A stretch of 64,000 nt of DNA, from assembly GCA_900315265.1 (NCBI GenBank), contig OMYN01000002.1:74877-138876 (forward strand), read 5' to 3'. Below are positions 9,108 through 17,815 of the stretch, in pieces (positions within the stretch are counted from its first letter, which is position 1; each line of letters begins with the position of its first letter). The stretch comes from an uncultured Eubacteriales bacterium. GTDB taxonomy: Bacteria > Bacillota > Clostridia > Lachnospirales > Bianqueaceae. The notes beneath the pieces are model-generated. The model did no database searches, was not told the DNA's origin, and saw only the letters and a program-made list of their open reading frames with translations. Both the position numbers and the translations under genes were made by a program.

Positions 9108-10154
9108 TTACAAGCCCAGATAGGCCTTGATCAGTGCATAGGTATTTCGTACGCCGTCCAGATGGGACCGCTCGTAATTATGAGAAGCATAGACACCCGC
9201 CCCGATCAGTCCATGTCGAATATCATAGCCTGCCCGCAAGGTAGCCTCGACATCCGACCCGTAATGAGGGTAAACGTCCAAGGCATAGTCCAGTCCGTTT
9301 TCCTTGGCAAGATCTGCCAGTTCCGTCGTCAGTTCGTAGTTATAGGGTCCGCCGGAATCTTTGACGCAGATAGAAACCATCCTCTCGGTACAGCTTAAAT
9401 CGCCTCCGACACAGCCCATATCTACCGAGATCATATCATCGGTATCATCCGGAACCACACTGCCTCCATGTCCGATCTCTTCGTTGACGGTAAATAAAAT
9501 AGTCACTTTGCGGCTTAAGGCTGCTCCGCTATCCTTCAGTTCTTTGGCAAGGCCCAGCAGGATCGATGCCGACAGTTTGTCATCCAGGAAACGGCTCTTG
9601 ATATAGCCGCTCTTAGTTATGACCGTGCGGGGATCCATGGCAATAATATCACCGTTCTGGATCCCAAGGGCTTGGGTCTCTTCTTTGCCGGCGACGTTTT
9701 CATCAAGAAGGATCTCCATATTTTCTTCTTTGATCTCGACCGGTTTATCCGCTACGTGGGAAGAAGGTTCGACATTTAAGACCACGCCGGTATAGGAGCG
9801 TCCGTCACGGGTGAACACGGTGCAGTTTTCACCATCCGCCGTGCGCCACTGATGGCCGCCGATGGTCGTGGGGCGAAGGCGTCCGTTGGCTTTGATGTTG
9901 CGGACCATAGCGCCAAGCGTATCCACGTGAGCTGCCAGGACCAGAGGACTGCCCACTCCGCCCAAGACTGCCTGAACATTGCCTTTGCGCGTCTTTTGCG
10001 GACAATAGCCCATATCCTTCAACGTATCGATCACATATTGAGCCGCTTTTGCCGTAAAACCGGTGGGGCTGGGTATAGCCGTCAGGTTTTTCAGCTGGGT
10101 CTGGATGTATGCAAGGGTCTGCTCGGACACCTTGTCTTTTCCTGTTGTGTTCAT
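9108..10154 (-). CDS. M42 family metallopeptidase (FrvX-like aminopeptidase)
   Basis: ATG at 10154 follows GGAGG. HVDTLG, FLDDK and NEEIGHGG metal-ligand segments. Confidence 0.85.
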   Translation of the reverse strand: MNTTGKDKVSEQTLAYIQTQLKNLTAIPSPTGFTAKAAQYVIDTLKDMGYCPQKTRKGNVQAVLGGVGSPLVLAAHVDTLGAMVRNIKANGRLRPTTIGGHQWRTADGENCTVFTRDGRSYTGVVLNVEPSSHVADKPVEIKEENMEILLDENVAGKEETQALGIQNGDIIAMDPRTVITKSGYIKSRFLDDKLSASILLGLAKELKDSGAALSRKVTILFTVNEEIGHGGSVVPDDTDDMISVDMGCVGGDLSCTERMVSICVKDSGGPYNYELTTELADLAKENGLDYALDVYPHYGSDVEATLRAGYDIRHGLIGAGVYASHNYERSHLDGVRNTYALIKAYLGL

Positions 10155-10179
10155 GGTAAACCTCCGATTCATATTTTTA

Positions 10180-10908
10180 TTATACCTGCCTATGAGGTGC
10201 GCGCAGTGCGCCGGCCAGAGTAATGGCCAGTGGAACGATCATGATAAAGGCACCCAAAAAGGCGACTGACCGGGGCCCGAAACGATCCATGACAAAGCCG
10301 CTGTAAGCTAGTGATACAACCCCCGAAAAACTTCCAAAGACCGCATCGCTCAAAGAGTTGGCCGTGGTGACCAAAGGACGGGGGACCGAATCGTTGACGA
10401 TCTGGCGGGTCGTCGGCAGCAAAAATCCGTAAGCGGTATTGCACAAAAGCGAACCGGCAATGATCCAGGCAGGGTTCTGTGCAAAGCCGTTCAACAGAAG
10501 AGTTGCCATATGCAGCAGGCTGAGCAGGAATAAGCGCGTCCGAGCCGGGATGCGGGCCAGGCTGCCGGAAATCTACTTTTTCAGCCGGGTCGCTGCTCTT
10601 TTCGATCGGTTTTTCTTTCGCAGCAATCGTGATCAGGATCACCGGTATCGCCAGGGCGATGGTCAGCACCGGGATCATGATATACCCTGCCCGTTTGATC
10701 AATTGTCCGGTGGCAAGCATGGCAATCGCATACCCTGCTGACCCGATCCCTCTTGCTTTGCCGTATAAAGCAGCATCATTGTCGAAGCTGCGGATCATCC
10801 AGGTATCCATAAAGGACCCCAAAGGAGCCGCCAGAAAACCGCATCCAGAATGCTGAACAGAATCAGCGAACGTTTCATGTCTTTAGACAATATGGGTCCT
10901 TTTTTCAT
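10180..10908 (-). pseudogene. decayed MFS transporter paralog (two internal deletions, frame break)
   Basis: Three collinear pieces align to the intact MFS at 11908..13110. They are MKKGPILSKDMKRSLILFSILDAVFW (start 10908), LYGKARGIGSAGYA..VDF (ORF 10190..10822), and ISGSLARIPARTRLFLLSLLHMATLLLNGFAQNPAW.. in another frame behind a TAG (ORF 10180..10509). Confidence 0.8.
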
Positions 10909-11004
10909 CAGCCGGCTCCTTTCTTGTCATGGTTCATTCTACTCCGGCGGTCCGCGAATGTCGATGGACGATTACAACCGTTTCGATGACAAGCGATCCG
11001 ATTG

Positions 11005-11889
11005 TCATCGATTTCCCAGCTCCCAGAAAGCGACCGCACTGCAGGCCGCTACATTCAGGGAATCGACGCCATGAGACATAGGGATCATGACCGTGTGATC
11101 ACTGCCATGGGTCAGGTCCTCTTCCAGTCCACAGCCTTCATTGCCCAGAAGGATGGCCAGCCGCTTTTCTTCTTTCAATTTTGGATCATCGATAGGGATG
11201 GTATCGTCCCGAAGAGCCAGGGAAACGGTCGTGATACCAAGTCTTTTGAACCGGTCAAGCCCTGAGATCCCGGTCAGATCCGGATCATAGGCCCAGGGGA
11301 TCTGAAAAACCGTTCCCATGCTGACCCTGATGGCCCGGCGGTACAAAGGATCGCAGCAGTCCGGGGACAGAACGATGCCGTCGATTCCTAAAGCTGCCGC
11401 TGACCGAAAGATGGCTCCGATATTGGTTGGATTGACGACATGACACAAAACTGCCAGTCGAAGTTTAGCGCTCGGACACTGATCATCCATAAGATGCTTG
11501 TAAAACTCATCGATGGAGCGATCCGGCTGACGCTTCATGGCCGCCAGGGCTCCCCGGGTCATTTTGAAGCCGGTAAGACTTTTCAGCTCTTTTTCGGGTG
11601 CGATAAAAATAGGAACATCTTCATCAGCAGGGCTTTTTGACGGCAGCCGATCGATCAGTGAATGCAGCAGCAGGCCGTCCGGCGATGTCCCCTGCCAGGT
11701 TTCCTGTGAAATAAGGAAAGCAAGCGGCTGATAAACGGTCATGGCCCGCTCGATCACTTTAGGGCTCTCCGCAATAAAGACACCATATTCATTGGCTAAA
11801 GCTGCCTCGCGGCTGGCCATGAACCAATCCATCTGCCGGTAAGTGCTGCCATCCAGGCTTCTGACTTTGATAATCGTTGGATGTGCCAT
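11005..11889 (-). CDS. TrmH/SpoU family RNA 2'-O-methyltransferase
   Basis: C-terminal SpoU motifs LLGNEGCGL and IPM..VDSLNVA. Confidence 0.85.
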   Translation of the reverse strand: MAHPTIIKVRSLDGSTYRQMDWFMASREAALANEYGVFIAESPKVIERAMTVYQPLAFLISQETWQGTSPDGLLLHSLIDRLPSKSPADEDVPIFIAPEKELKSLTGFKMTRGALAAMKRQPDRSIDEFYKHLMDDQCPSAKLRLAVLCHVVNPTNIGAIFRSAAALGIDGIVLSPDCCDPLYRRAIRVSMGTVFQIPWAYDPDLTGISGLDRFKRLGITTVSLALRDDTIPIDDPKLKEEKRLAILLGNEGCGLEEDLTHGSDHTVMIPMSHGVDSLNVAACSAVAFWELGNR

Positions 11890-11907
11890 GATCCTCTCCT
11901 TTTACTG

Positions 11908-13110
11908 TCAGAGCTGACGACGGCTGCGGATGGCCATACCCAGTGTGACCAGCGTAAGCGGAAGCGTGATGATCCCGCCCAGGACGGCAACGGCCCGCGG
12001 TCCCAGGGAATCCATCAGAAAACCGCTGTACGAGAGACCGATGATCGCGGCAAAGTTACCATAGACCGTATCGCTGATTGTGTTTGCGGTCGTGTTGAGT
12101 TCTTTCGGAACATTGCGGCTGACGATCTCGCGGTTGGTAGGAAGCATGATGCCGTAGGAAAGATTGCTCATGACCGATCCCAAAATGACCACAGCTGGGT
12201 TTTGGGCTAAGGCAGTAAGCACCATGGTTGTAAACAAGGACAGACTCATCAGGAACATGCGGGTCTTGATCGGGATCCTGGAAAGACTGCCTGAAATAAA
12301 AATAAATAAAGCTTGTACCAAGACTGCGATAAAAGCATCCAGACCGATGACCGCGATGTCCCCGCCTACATTTTTCAGAAACACCATTTTCAGGTTGGTG
12401 ATCGGCGTGTTGGCAAGACCGATAAAAAAGATGATCAGCAGCATGACCATAAAAGGTCTGTTCGTAAAAAGCTGCTTGAAATCCACTCTATTATCTGCAG
12501 CCGCATCTGCCCCGACGCTTGTTTTTTCTTCAAACGGTACTTCTTTGGTAAACAGAACCAGCAGAAAATCAAGGCAGCCCAGCAGGATCGTTGCAGCAGG
12601 GATCATTCCGAAGCCCCAGCGGTTGATCAGCTGACCTAAGATCAACGAAGCCACTGCGTAACCGGCTGATCCGATCCCGCGCGCTTTGCCATAGAGGCTG
12701 CTGTCCTGGCAGAAAGCTCTTAGCATCCAGGTGTCCAGACTTGCGCCTAAGGCAGTAAAGGAGACACCGATCAGCGGATACAAAATAAAAGTCAGCACGA
12801 TACTGCGCGAGGCCAAAAAGTAGCAGGCCAGTCCTAACAGGAGGGTACTGATAAAAAAGGGCAGGAACACTCTGCGGTTGGTCCGCCTTTTATCACAAAG
12901 GGCTCCGATCGCGAAGGAACCGATAAAAGAAAAGGCCATGTACAGGGACATATCCACGCCCAGCATAGAGTTGGACATGCCTTTCTGTAAAAAATAGGTG
13001 GTCAGAAAACCGGCAAAAACAGAATAATAGGCCCAAAACAGGCTGTCCATCAAACTGAAAATGATCAGATTCCGTTTTTGCTTTATGCTGATTGATTTAC
13101 TTTTTCTCAT
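11908..13110 (-). CDS. MFS transporter
   Basis: ATG at 13110 follows GGAGGA. About 12 TM segments. Paralogous to the pseudogene at 10180..10908. Confidence 0.85.
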   Translation of the reverse strand: MRKSKSISIKQKRNLIIFSLMDSLFWAYYSVFAGFLTTYFLQKGMSNSMLGVDMSLYMAFSFIGSFAIGALCDKRRTNRRVFLPFFISTLLLGLACYFLASRSIVLTFILYPLIGVSFTALGASLDTWMLRAFCQDSSLYGKARGIGSAGYAVASLILGQLINRWGFGMIPAATILLGCLDFLLVLFTKEVPFEEKTSVGADAAADNRVDFKQLFTNRPFMVMLLIIFFIGLANTPITNLKMVFLKNVGGDIAVIGLDAFIAVLVQALFIFISGSLSRIPIKTRMFLMSLSLFTTMVLTALAQNPAVVILGSVMSNLSYGIMLPTNREIVSRNVPKELNTTANTISDTVYGNFAAIIGLSYSGFLMDSLGPRAVAVLGGIITLPLTLVTLGMAIRSRRQL

Positions 13111-13307
13111 ACTGTCCTCCGCCCGGGCCTGAGCATTCGGTCTTCTGCGCACTTACGCACTCCTTAGCCGATCACTACAGCTTTTAACTCTACACCCAAG
13201 CGGCTTTCTTGTCCATGTTTTTATTCTCCGGGTGCCATCGAAAAAAACATTGCAATCTGTTAAAATAATAATCAGCATCGTATCGATTATACTTCCGGGA
13301 GGCTGCC

Positions 13308-14093
13308 ATGCTGACACCTGTCAATCATATCGATGAATTTCTTCCCGTTATCAAGTCTTCTTTTCTTTCGGCAGGTGCTTCGAACGACCTTACCAAAGAT
13401 AACCTTCTGACTCGAAATCTCTGCCTTACCGATACCGACCGTTACGCTATGTATTATGCGCCTCATAACGATGATATGAATCCGGATGCTGTCATTTTGA
13501 TCATCGGGATCACACCTGGCTTTTCTCAGACCAGGACTGCCTACCGGACGCTGCTCGATGTTCTGCATAAGGATCCGGACGCTTCGCCCCAAATGCTTTG
13601 TCACCTGGCCAAGGTTCGCTCCCGTTTTGCCGGTCCTATGCGCAGGAACCTGATGGATATGCTCGATCAATTAGGGCTGCCGGCTTATCTGTCGATTCCG
13701 GATTCTGCCTCTCTATTTAATGAACATGACCGTCTCTTGGGTACTACATCTCTTCTTAAATACCCAGTCTTTCGGAAACATAACGGACAATTGATCAATT
13801 ACGGCGGAACCTCTCCGTCCATGCTTGGCGACCCTTACCTTACTTCATTCATTCGAAATTCTTTTACCTCTGAACTTGCCGCCATGCCGGATCTGAAATT
13901 GATCATCCCTCTTGGTAAAGCTGTCGAAACCGCTTTTCTTACCATTTACCCGGAGTATCAGCATCTTGTTCTTCGCGGACTGCCGCACCCGTCGGGGGTC
14001 AATGCTCATCGTGGGCAGATCTTTACAGAAAATCGAAGAGCTTTGGAAATGAAACTCCAAAATAATTTTTCTAACTCTACTGATCTTCGGTGA
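13308..14093 (+). CDS. uracil-DNA glycosylase superfamily-like protein (MUG/SMUG-like motifs, divergent)
   Basis: GGGAGG RBS. IIGITPG (13506-13520) resembles motif A G(I/M)NPG. GLPHPSGVN (from 13977) resembles motif B (L)PNPSG(L)S. GC is lower than the flanks. Confidence 0.5.
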   Translation: MLTPVNHIDEFLPVIKSSFLSAGASNDLTKDNLLTRNLCLTDTDRYAMYYAPHNDDMNPDAVILIIGITPGFSQTRTAYRTLLDVLHKDPDASPQMLCHLAKVRSRFAGPMRRNLMDMLDQLGLPAYLSIPDSASLFNEHDRLLGTTSLLKYPVFRKHNGQLINYGGTSPSMLGDPYLTSFIRNSFTSELAAMPDLKLIIPLGKAVETAFLTIYPEYQHLVLRGLPHPSGVNAHRGQIFTENRRALEMKLQNNFSNSTDLR

Positions 14094-14288
14094 AGGGCTG
14101 TCAAACTGCCTGGCAGAAGACGAAGCAAAGAACCTTTCCAAGACCTCTCTGCGATAAAATTTATGGACCAGATCCGACAGAGGTAAAGTAACTGATAAAC
14201 GAAAATCACTTGAGCGGACCTTAGCGTCCGGACAAGCGGTTCTTCCGTTCCGGAATCATCCCTATCTTCCCTTATGCGCACTTTTTTC

Positions 14289-14316
14289 TTGACATTTTTT
14301 TGAGACAATTTACAAT
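14289..14316 (+). promoter_or_regulatory. putative strong sigma-A promoter for the ABC exporter/GT2 pair
   Basis: TTGACA (14289-14294), 16 nt spacer, TACAAT (14311-14316), within an AT-rich spacer. Confidence 0.6.
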
Positions 14317-14399
14317 ATGAAATGTAAAAATGTAATTATGCAAAATATTTATTGAAATTTAAATAAGATTTGTTGATGCGCTGAGGGGAGTTGGTTTAA

Positions 14400-16178
14400 T
14401 TGAAGAATAAAAAGTCGATAGCTGAAAGACTTCCGATTCTCAAATTATATGAACCATATTTGCATTCCAACAAAATTTTTTTATTTGGTACTTTATTATT
14501 ATGGATCGTATTTGTCCCGATTATTCGTTTCCTGGTAGTAATATTTCCCCAAAATATCGTACAGGCACTGGTTGACGAAAAAGGGGTAAAACAGGTAGTT
14601 AAAATCGTATTGGTTTTTCAACTGTTAATGACGGTAATCCCCGTTTATGAGAGCTTTTTTAATTCCTTGATTCGTGATAAAGCCCTTGTTCAGATCGATG
14701 GACAAATCAAGGAGCATATCTATCGAAAAGTCATTGCCACGGATTATCGATACGTAGATGATCCGGACTATTATGAAAAGTATACATGGGTTATCGAGAA
14801 ACAATCTGAAAAATCCCAAGAAGCCTTTGAGCTGATCAACGAAATCGTTTCGTGTTTTCTGGTTATCGTATCTTTGGTAACTTTACTAGCGACAATAAGT
14901 CCATGGGTTATTTTGCTGGCGGTCATCGCATCTTTGTTTCGAATGATAGGATTCGTCAAATATAATAAGATTGATGTAGAGGAAGATGGAGAACTCCTTA
15001 AATCAGATAGAAAATTAAAATATTTCCATCGTATTTTTTATATGAAGGATTTTGCCCAGGACTTACGGTGTACAAATCTGTTTAAAAAAATTATTTATGG
15101 TTTCACAACAGAATTATCGCAAAAAGAAGATGTGATAAAAAAATATGGGAAAATAAAATGTTTCTGGCTGGTTTATGTTGATCTAGTGTATCGGCTGTTT
15201 TATACGGGGATCATCATATTGGTAGTCATGCAGTTTATTAATGGTAATATTGCTAATGCAGCCGAATATATTACGATTATGCTAGCGGTAGATCGACTGG
15301 ATGATAGTTTATATTCTTTTTTTACCCTGTTTCAGAATGGGATCAAATTAAATGATTATGCAAAGCGCATTTTTAAATTCTATGAATATCCTTCTCTGAT
15401 TGAAAAAAGTAACCAAGGAAGTGTACCGGACCAAGGACCCTTTTCTGTTGATATTACTCATCTGACCTTTTCTTATTCCAATTCCGCGTTTACTATGAGT
15501 GACCTGAACCTTCATATAAAAGCAGGAGAGCATATCGCAATCGTTGGCGAAAATGGTGTAGGAAAATCGACATTGGTTAAACTGCTGCTTCGTCTATATG
15601 ATCCCAGTCAAGGAAGTATACTTGTCAACGGGAAACAACTGACGAATTATAATGTCAAAAAATATAGGGAAAAAGTAGGTGTTGTTTTTCAAGATACTAA
15701 CCTATATTCTTTATCTTTGAAAGATAACATCAATTTATATTCGGATCAATCGGATAAGGATGTCCTTTCTACTTTAGCAGAATGTGGTTTGTCTAATCTA
15801 GCCAACCAAGAAAAACTCACCAAAACAATGACAAGGGAATTTGACGATAATGGGATCATTCTTTCCGGTGGTCAGGTACAAAGGATTGCTCTTGCTCGTG
15901 TATTAACAAAGCCATTTGGATTATTGATCTTAGACGAAGCATCCAGTGCTTTGGATCCGATCTCGGAATATCAGTTTACCAAACTATTGATGGAGAAAAC
16001 TAAGAACACAACAACAATATCGATTGCACACAGGCTTTCCACTGTGCGTGATATGGACCGCATAATCGTAATGGATAAAGGAAGGATCATTGAAGAAGGG
16101 ACTCACGATGAATTAATGGAAAAGAATGGCAAGTATTACGACATGTTCAAAAAACAAGCGGAAAAGTATGTGAAATAA
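14400..16178 (+). CDS. ABC exporter, fused permease/ATP-binding protein
   Basis: TTG start after GAGGGGAG. N-terminal 6-TM domain. Walker A GENGVGKST, signature LSGGQVQR, Walker B LLILDEASSALD. Confidence 0.9.
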   Translation: MKNKKSIAERLPILKLYEPYLHSNKIFLFGTLLLWIVFVPIIRFLVVIFPQNIVQALVDEKGVKQVVKIVLVFQLLMTVIPVYESFFNSLIRDKALVQIDGQIKEHIYRKVIATDYRYVDDPDYYEKYTWVIEKQSEKSQEAFELINEIVSCFLVIVSLVTLLATISPWVILLAVIASLFRMIGFVKYNKIDVEEDGELLKSDRKLKYFHRIFYMKDFAQDLRCTNLFKKIIYGFTTELSQKEDVIKKYGKIKCFWLVYVDLVYRLFYTGIIILVVMQFINGNIANAAEYITIMLAVDRLDDSLYSFFTLFQNGIKLNDYAKRIFKFYEYPSLIEKSNQGSVPDQGPFSVDITHLTFSYSNSAFTMSDLNLHIKAGEHIAIVGENGVGKSTLVKLLLRLYDPSQGSILVNGKQLTNYNVKKYREKVGVVFQDTNLYSLSLKDNINLYSDQSDKDVLSTLAECGLSNLANQEKLTKTMTREFDDNGIILSGGQVQRIALARVLTKPFGLLILDEASSALDPISEYQFTKLLMEKTKNTTTISIAHRLSTVRDMDRIIVMDKGRIIEEGTHDELMEKNGKYYDMFKKQAEKYVK

Positions 16179-16179
16179 T

Positions 16180-17055
16180 ATGGGTCAATTGATATCTTTG
16201 ATTATTCCATGTTATGATGTGGAGAAATATTTGCAGGTCTGCTTTACAAGCATCTTACATCAATCATATGAAAATTGGGAAATCATAGCCGTTGATGATG
16301 GTTCATCCGATCGAACAAGTTATATCATCGAAGAAAACGTTTTAAAAGATAAAAGAATTAAGGGATATTCGATTTCACATAGGGGGATATCGGTTGCTAG
16401 AAATATAGGCATCTTTCATTCGACAGGAAAGTATGTTATGTTCATTGATGCAGATGACTATATAGCCCCTAAATGCTTGGAAAATTTGATGGAAGCTATC
16501 CTATCGAACAAGGCAGTTATAGCAGTATGTCAGTTAAAATATACCGATGAAAATGGGAATATCTTGAGTCAAGATAAAAAGGTGACATGCGGACATCAAG
16601 TATTATTAACAAAAGATATATGGGAAAATTATATGCTAACCTCCATGATACTTGGAGTGAGTCAATGTCTAATCAGGAGAGAACTATTGCAAAACCTCCA
16701 ATTTCCTATAGGAAGAACCTATGAATCTATTACATTTATGCCACAGGTAATAGACAGATCTCAAAGACTCGTCATAATCCCCTATGTCGGTTATTTTTAT
16801 AGACAAAGAAAAAATAGTATTACACATACGAATAGTTTTAAACAGGAAAAAGACCTTATAGAAGGATACTCAGAGCTATACTTTTCTTTTAAAGACAAAT
16901 ATCCTGTTGTCTGTGCAGATATAAAGCAATACACTCTCAACAAGGCAAATTTAATTCTGCGTCAGGAGAACAGCGGTGCTTACTTGGACAATGAAGCTAT
17001 GAAAGAATATTTCAGCGATCTAAAAAATTTTACCAGATTATACAACGACCGCTGA
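16180..17055 (+). CDS. glycosyltransferase family 2 protein
   Basis: SLIIPCYDVEKYL, AVDDGSSDRT and FIDADDY motifs. Starts 1 nt after the ABC stop. Confidence 0.9.
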   Translation: MGQLISLIIPCYDVEKYLQVCFTSILHQSYENWEIIAVDDGSSDRTSYIIEENVLKDKRIKGYSISHRGISVARNIGIFHSTGKYVMFIDADDYIAPKCLENLMEAILSNKAVIAVCQLKYTDENGNILSQDKKVTCGHQVLLTKDIWENYMLTSMILGVSQCLIRRELLQNLQFPIGRTYESITFMPQVIDRSQRLVIIPYVGYFYRQRKNSITHTNSFKQEKDLIEGYSELYFSFKDKYPVVCADIKQYTLNKANLILRQENSGAYLDNEAMKEYFSDLKNFTRLYNDR

Positions 17056-17080
17056 AACTGATGTTTCAGCGGTCGTTTTC
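17044..17080 (+). terminator. rho-independent terminator after GT2 (right edge of the low-GC island)
   Basis: Perfect 15-bp stem 17044-17058 / 17063-17077, loop TGAT, then a T-run. The GT2 stop codon lies inside the stem. Confidence 0.85.
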
Positions 17081-17101
17081 TGCCTTCAAATGTATTTTCC
17101 C

Positions 17102-17779
17102 TTAGTCTTTCATCCCTACCCCGGCCTGATACTCTTCTTCTGTCAGCGGTGCACATCCGCCCAGGTGTTCAGGCAGGTTAGCCATGCTGTCCGCTTCGGT
17201 GATCGTACGAATCACTTTGGCGGGTACACCGGCCGCAAAACTGTTTGCGGGAATATCACGGGTAACGACCGCACCGGCTCCGATCACGCAGCCGTCACCG
17301 ATCGTAACACCGGGGCAGACAGTCACATTGGCACCAAACCAGCAGTTGCTTCCGATATGGACCGGCTTTGCATAGCAAAGGCGGCTGATCTCACCCTTTT
17401 CATTGCGCATAGCCAGCCGTTCCTGATAGCGCAAAGGATGAACAGGAGTCACGATCGTTACATTCGGTCCAAAATCGCAATGGTCGCCAATGGTGACCCA
17501 GGTATCATCCTGGACGGTAAAATTAAAATTGACGAAAACATGACTTCCTACTTTGATATGCTTGCCGTAATGGAAAAAGATGGGTCCCTGGAAGAAGGTC
17601 CCCTCTCCTACCTCTGCCAGCATATCTTTGATCATAGCACTGCGCTTTTCACTTTCCTCTTCCAGAAGCTGGTTATATGCCAGGTTCAGATCATGCTGAC
17701 GCAGTTTGATCGCTTTCAGTTCCGGATTTCCCGGATTGAACAAGACTCCTGCAAAATTACGTTCTTCCGCTTTGCTCAT
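17102..17779 (-). CDS. sugar O-acetyltransferase (maltose/galactoside acetyltransferase-like, left-handed beta-helix)
   Basis: Hexapeptide repeats (GSNCWFGANVTVCPGVTIGDGCVIGAGAVV) and an N-terminal Mac-type segment. ATG at 17779 is preferred by its spacing to AGGAGGA. Confidence 0.9.
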   Translation of the reverse strand: MSKAEERNFAGVLFNPGNPELKAIKLRQHDLNLAYNQLLEEESEKRSAMIKDMLAEVGEGTFFQGPIFFHYGKHIKVGSHVFVNFNFTVQDDTWVTIGDHCDFGPNVTIVTPVHPLRYQERLAMRNEKGEISRLCYAKPVHIGSNCWFGANVTVCPGVTIGDGCVIGAGAVVTRDIPANSFAAGVPAKVIRTITEADSMANLPEHLGGCAPLTEEEYQAGVGMKD

Positions 17780-17815
17780 GAACATTCCTCCTAATATGTA
17801 ATATTACCATCTATT

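Noticed and set aside
13111-13307. Riboswitch in the ~190-nt region upstream of the MFS transporter
   Set aside because: I could not match the region to any riboswitch consensus I know. A TATAAT-like hexamer lacks a properly spaced -35. The region is left as unexplained intergenic DNA.
14317-14355. 12-codon ORF (MKCKNVIMQNIY) upstream of the ABC exporter as a possible exported peptide precursor
   Set aside because: It starts immediately after the predicted -10, so it is probably upstream of or at the transcription start. It has no RBS and no leader or core features. Other small ORFs in 14094-14399 are equally unsupported.
13200-17080. Calling the low-GC island a mobile element
   Set aside because: No integrase, transposase, tRNA target, inverted terminal repeats or direct-repeat junctions could be found. 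It is reported only as a compositional island.
17090-17794. 234-aa plus-strand ORF
   Set aside because: It is the mirror image of the hexapeptide-repeat acetyltransferase on the minus strand, which has the clear family signature and an RBS.
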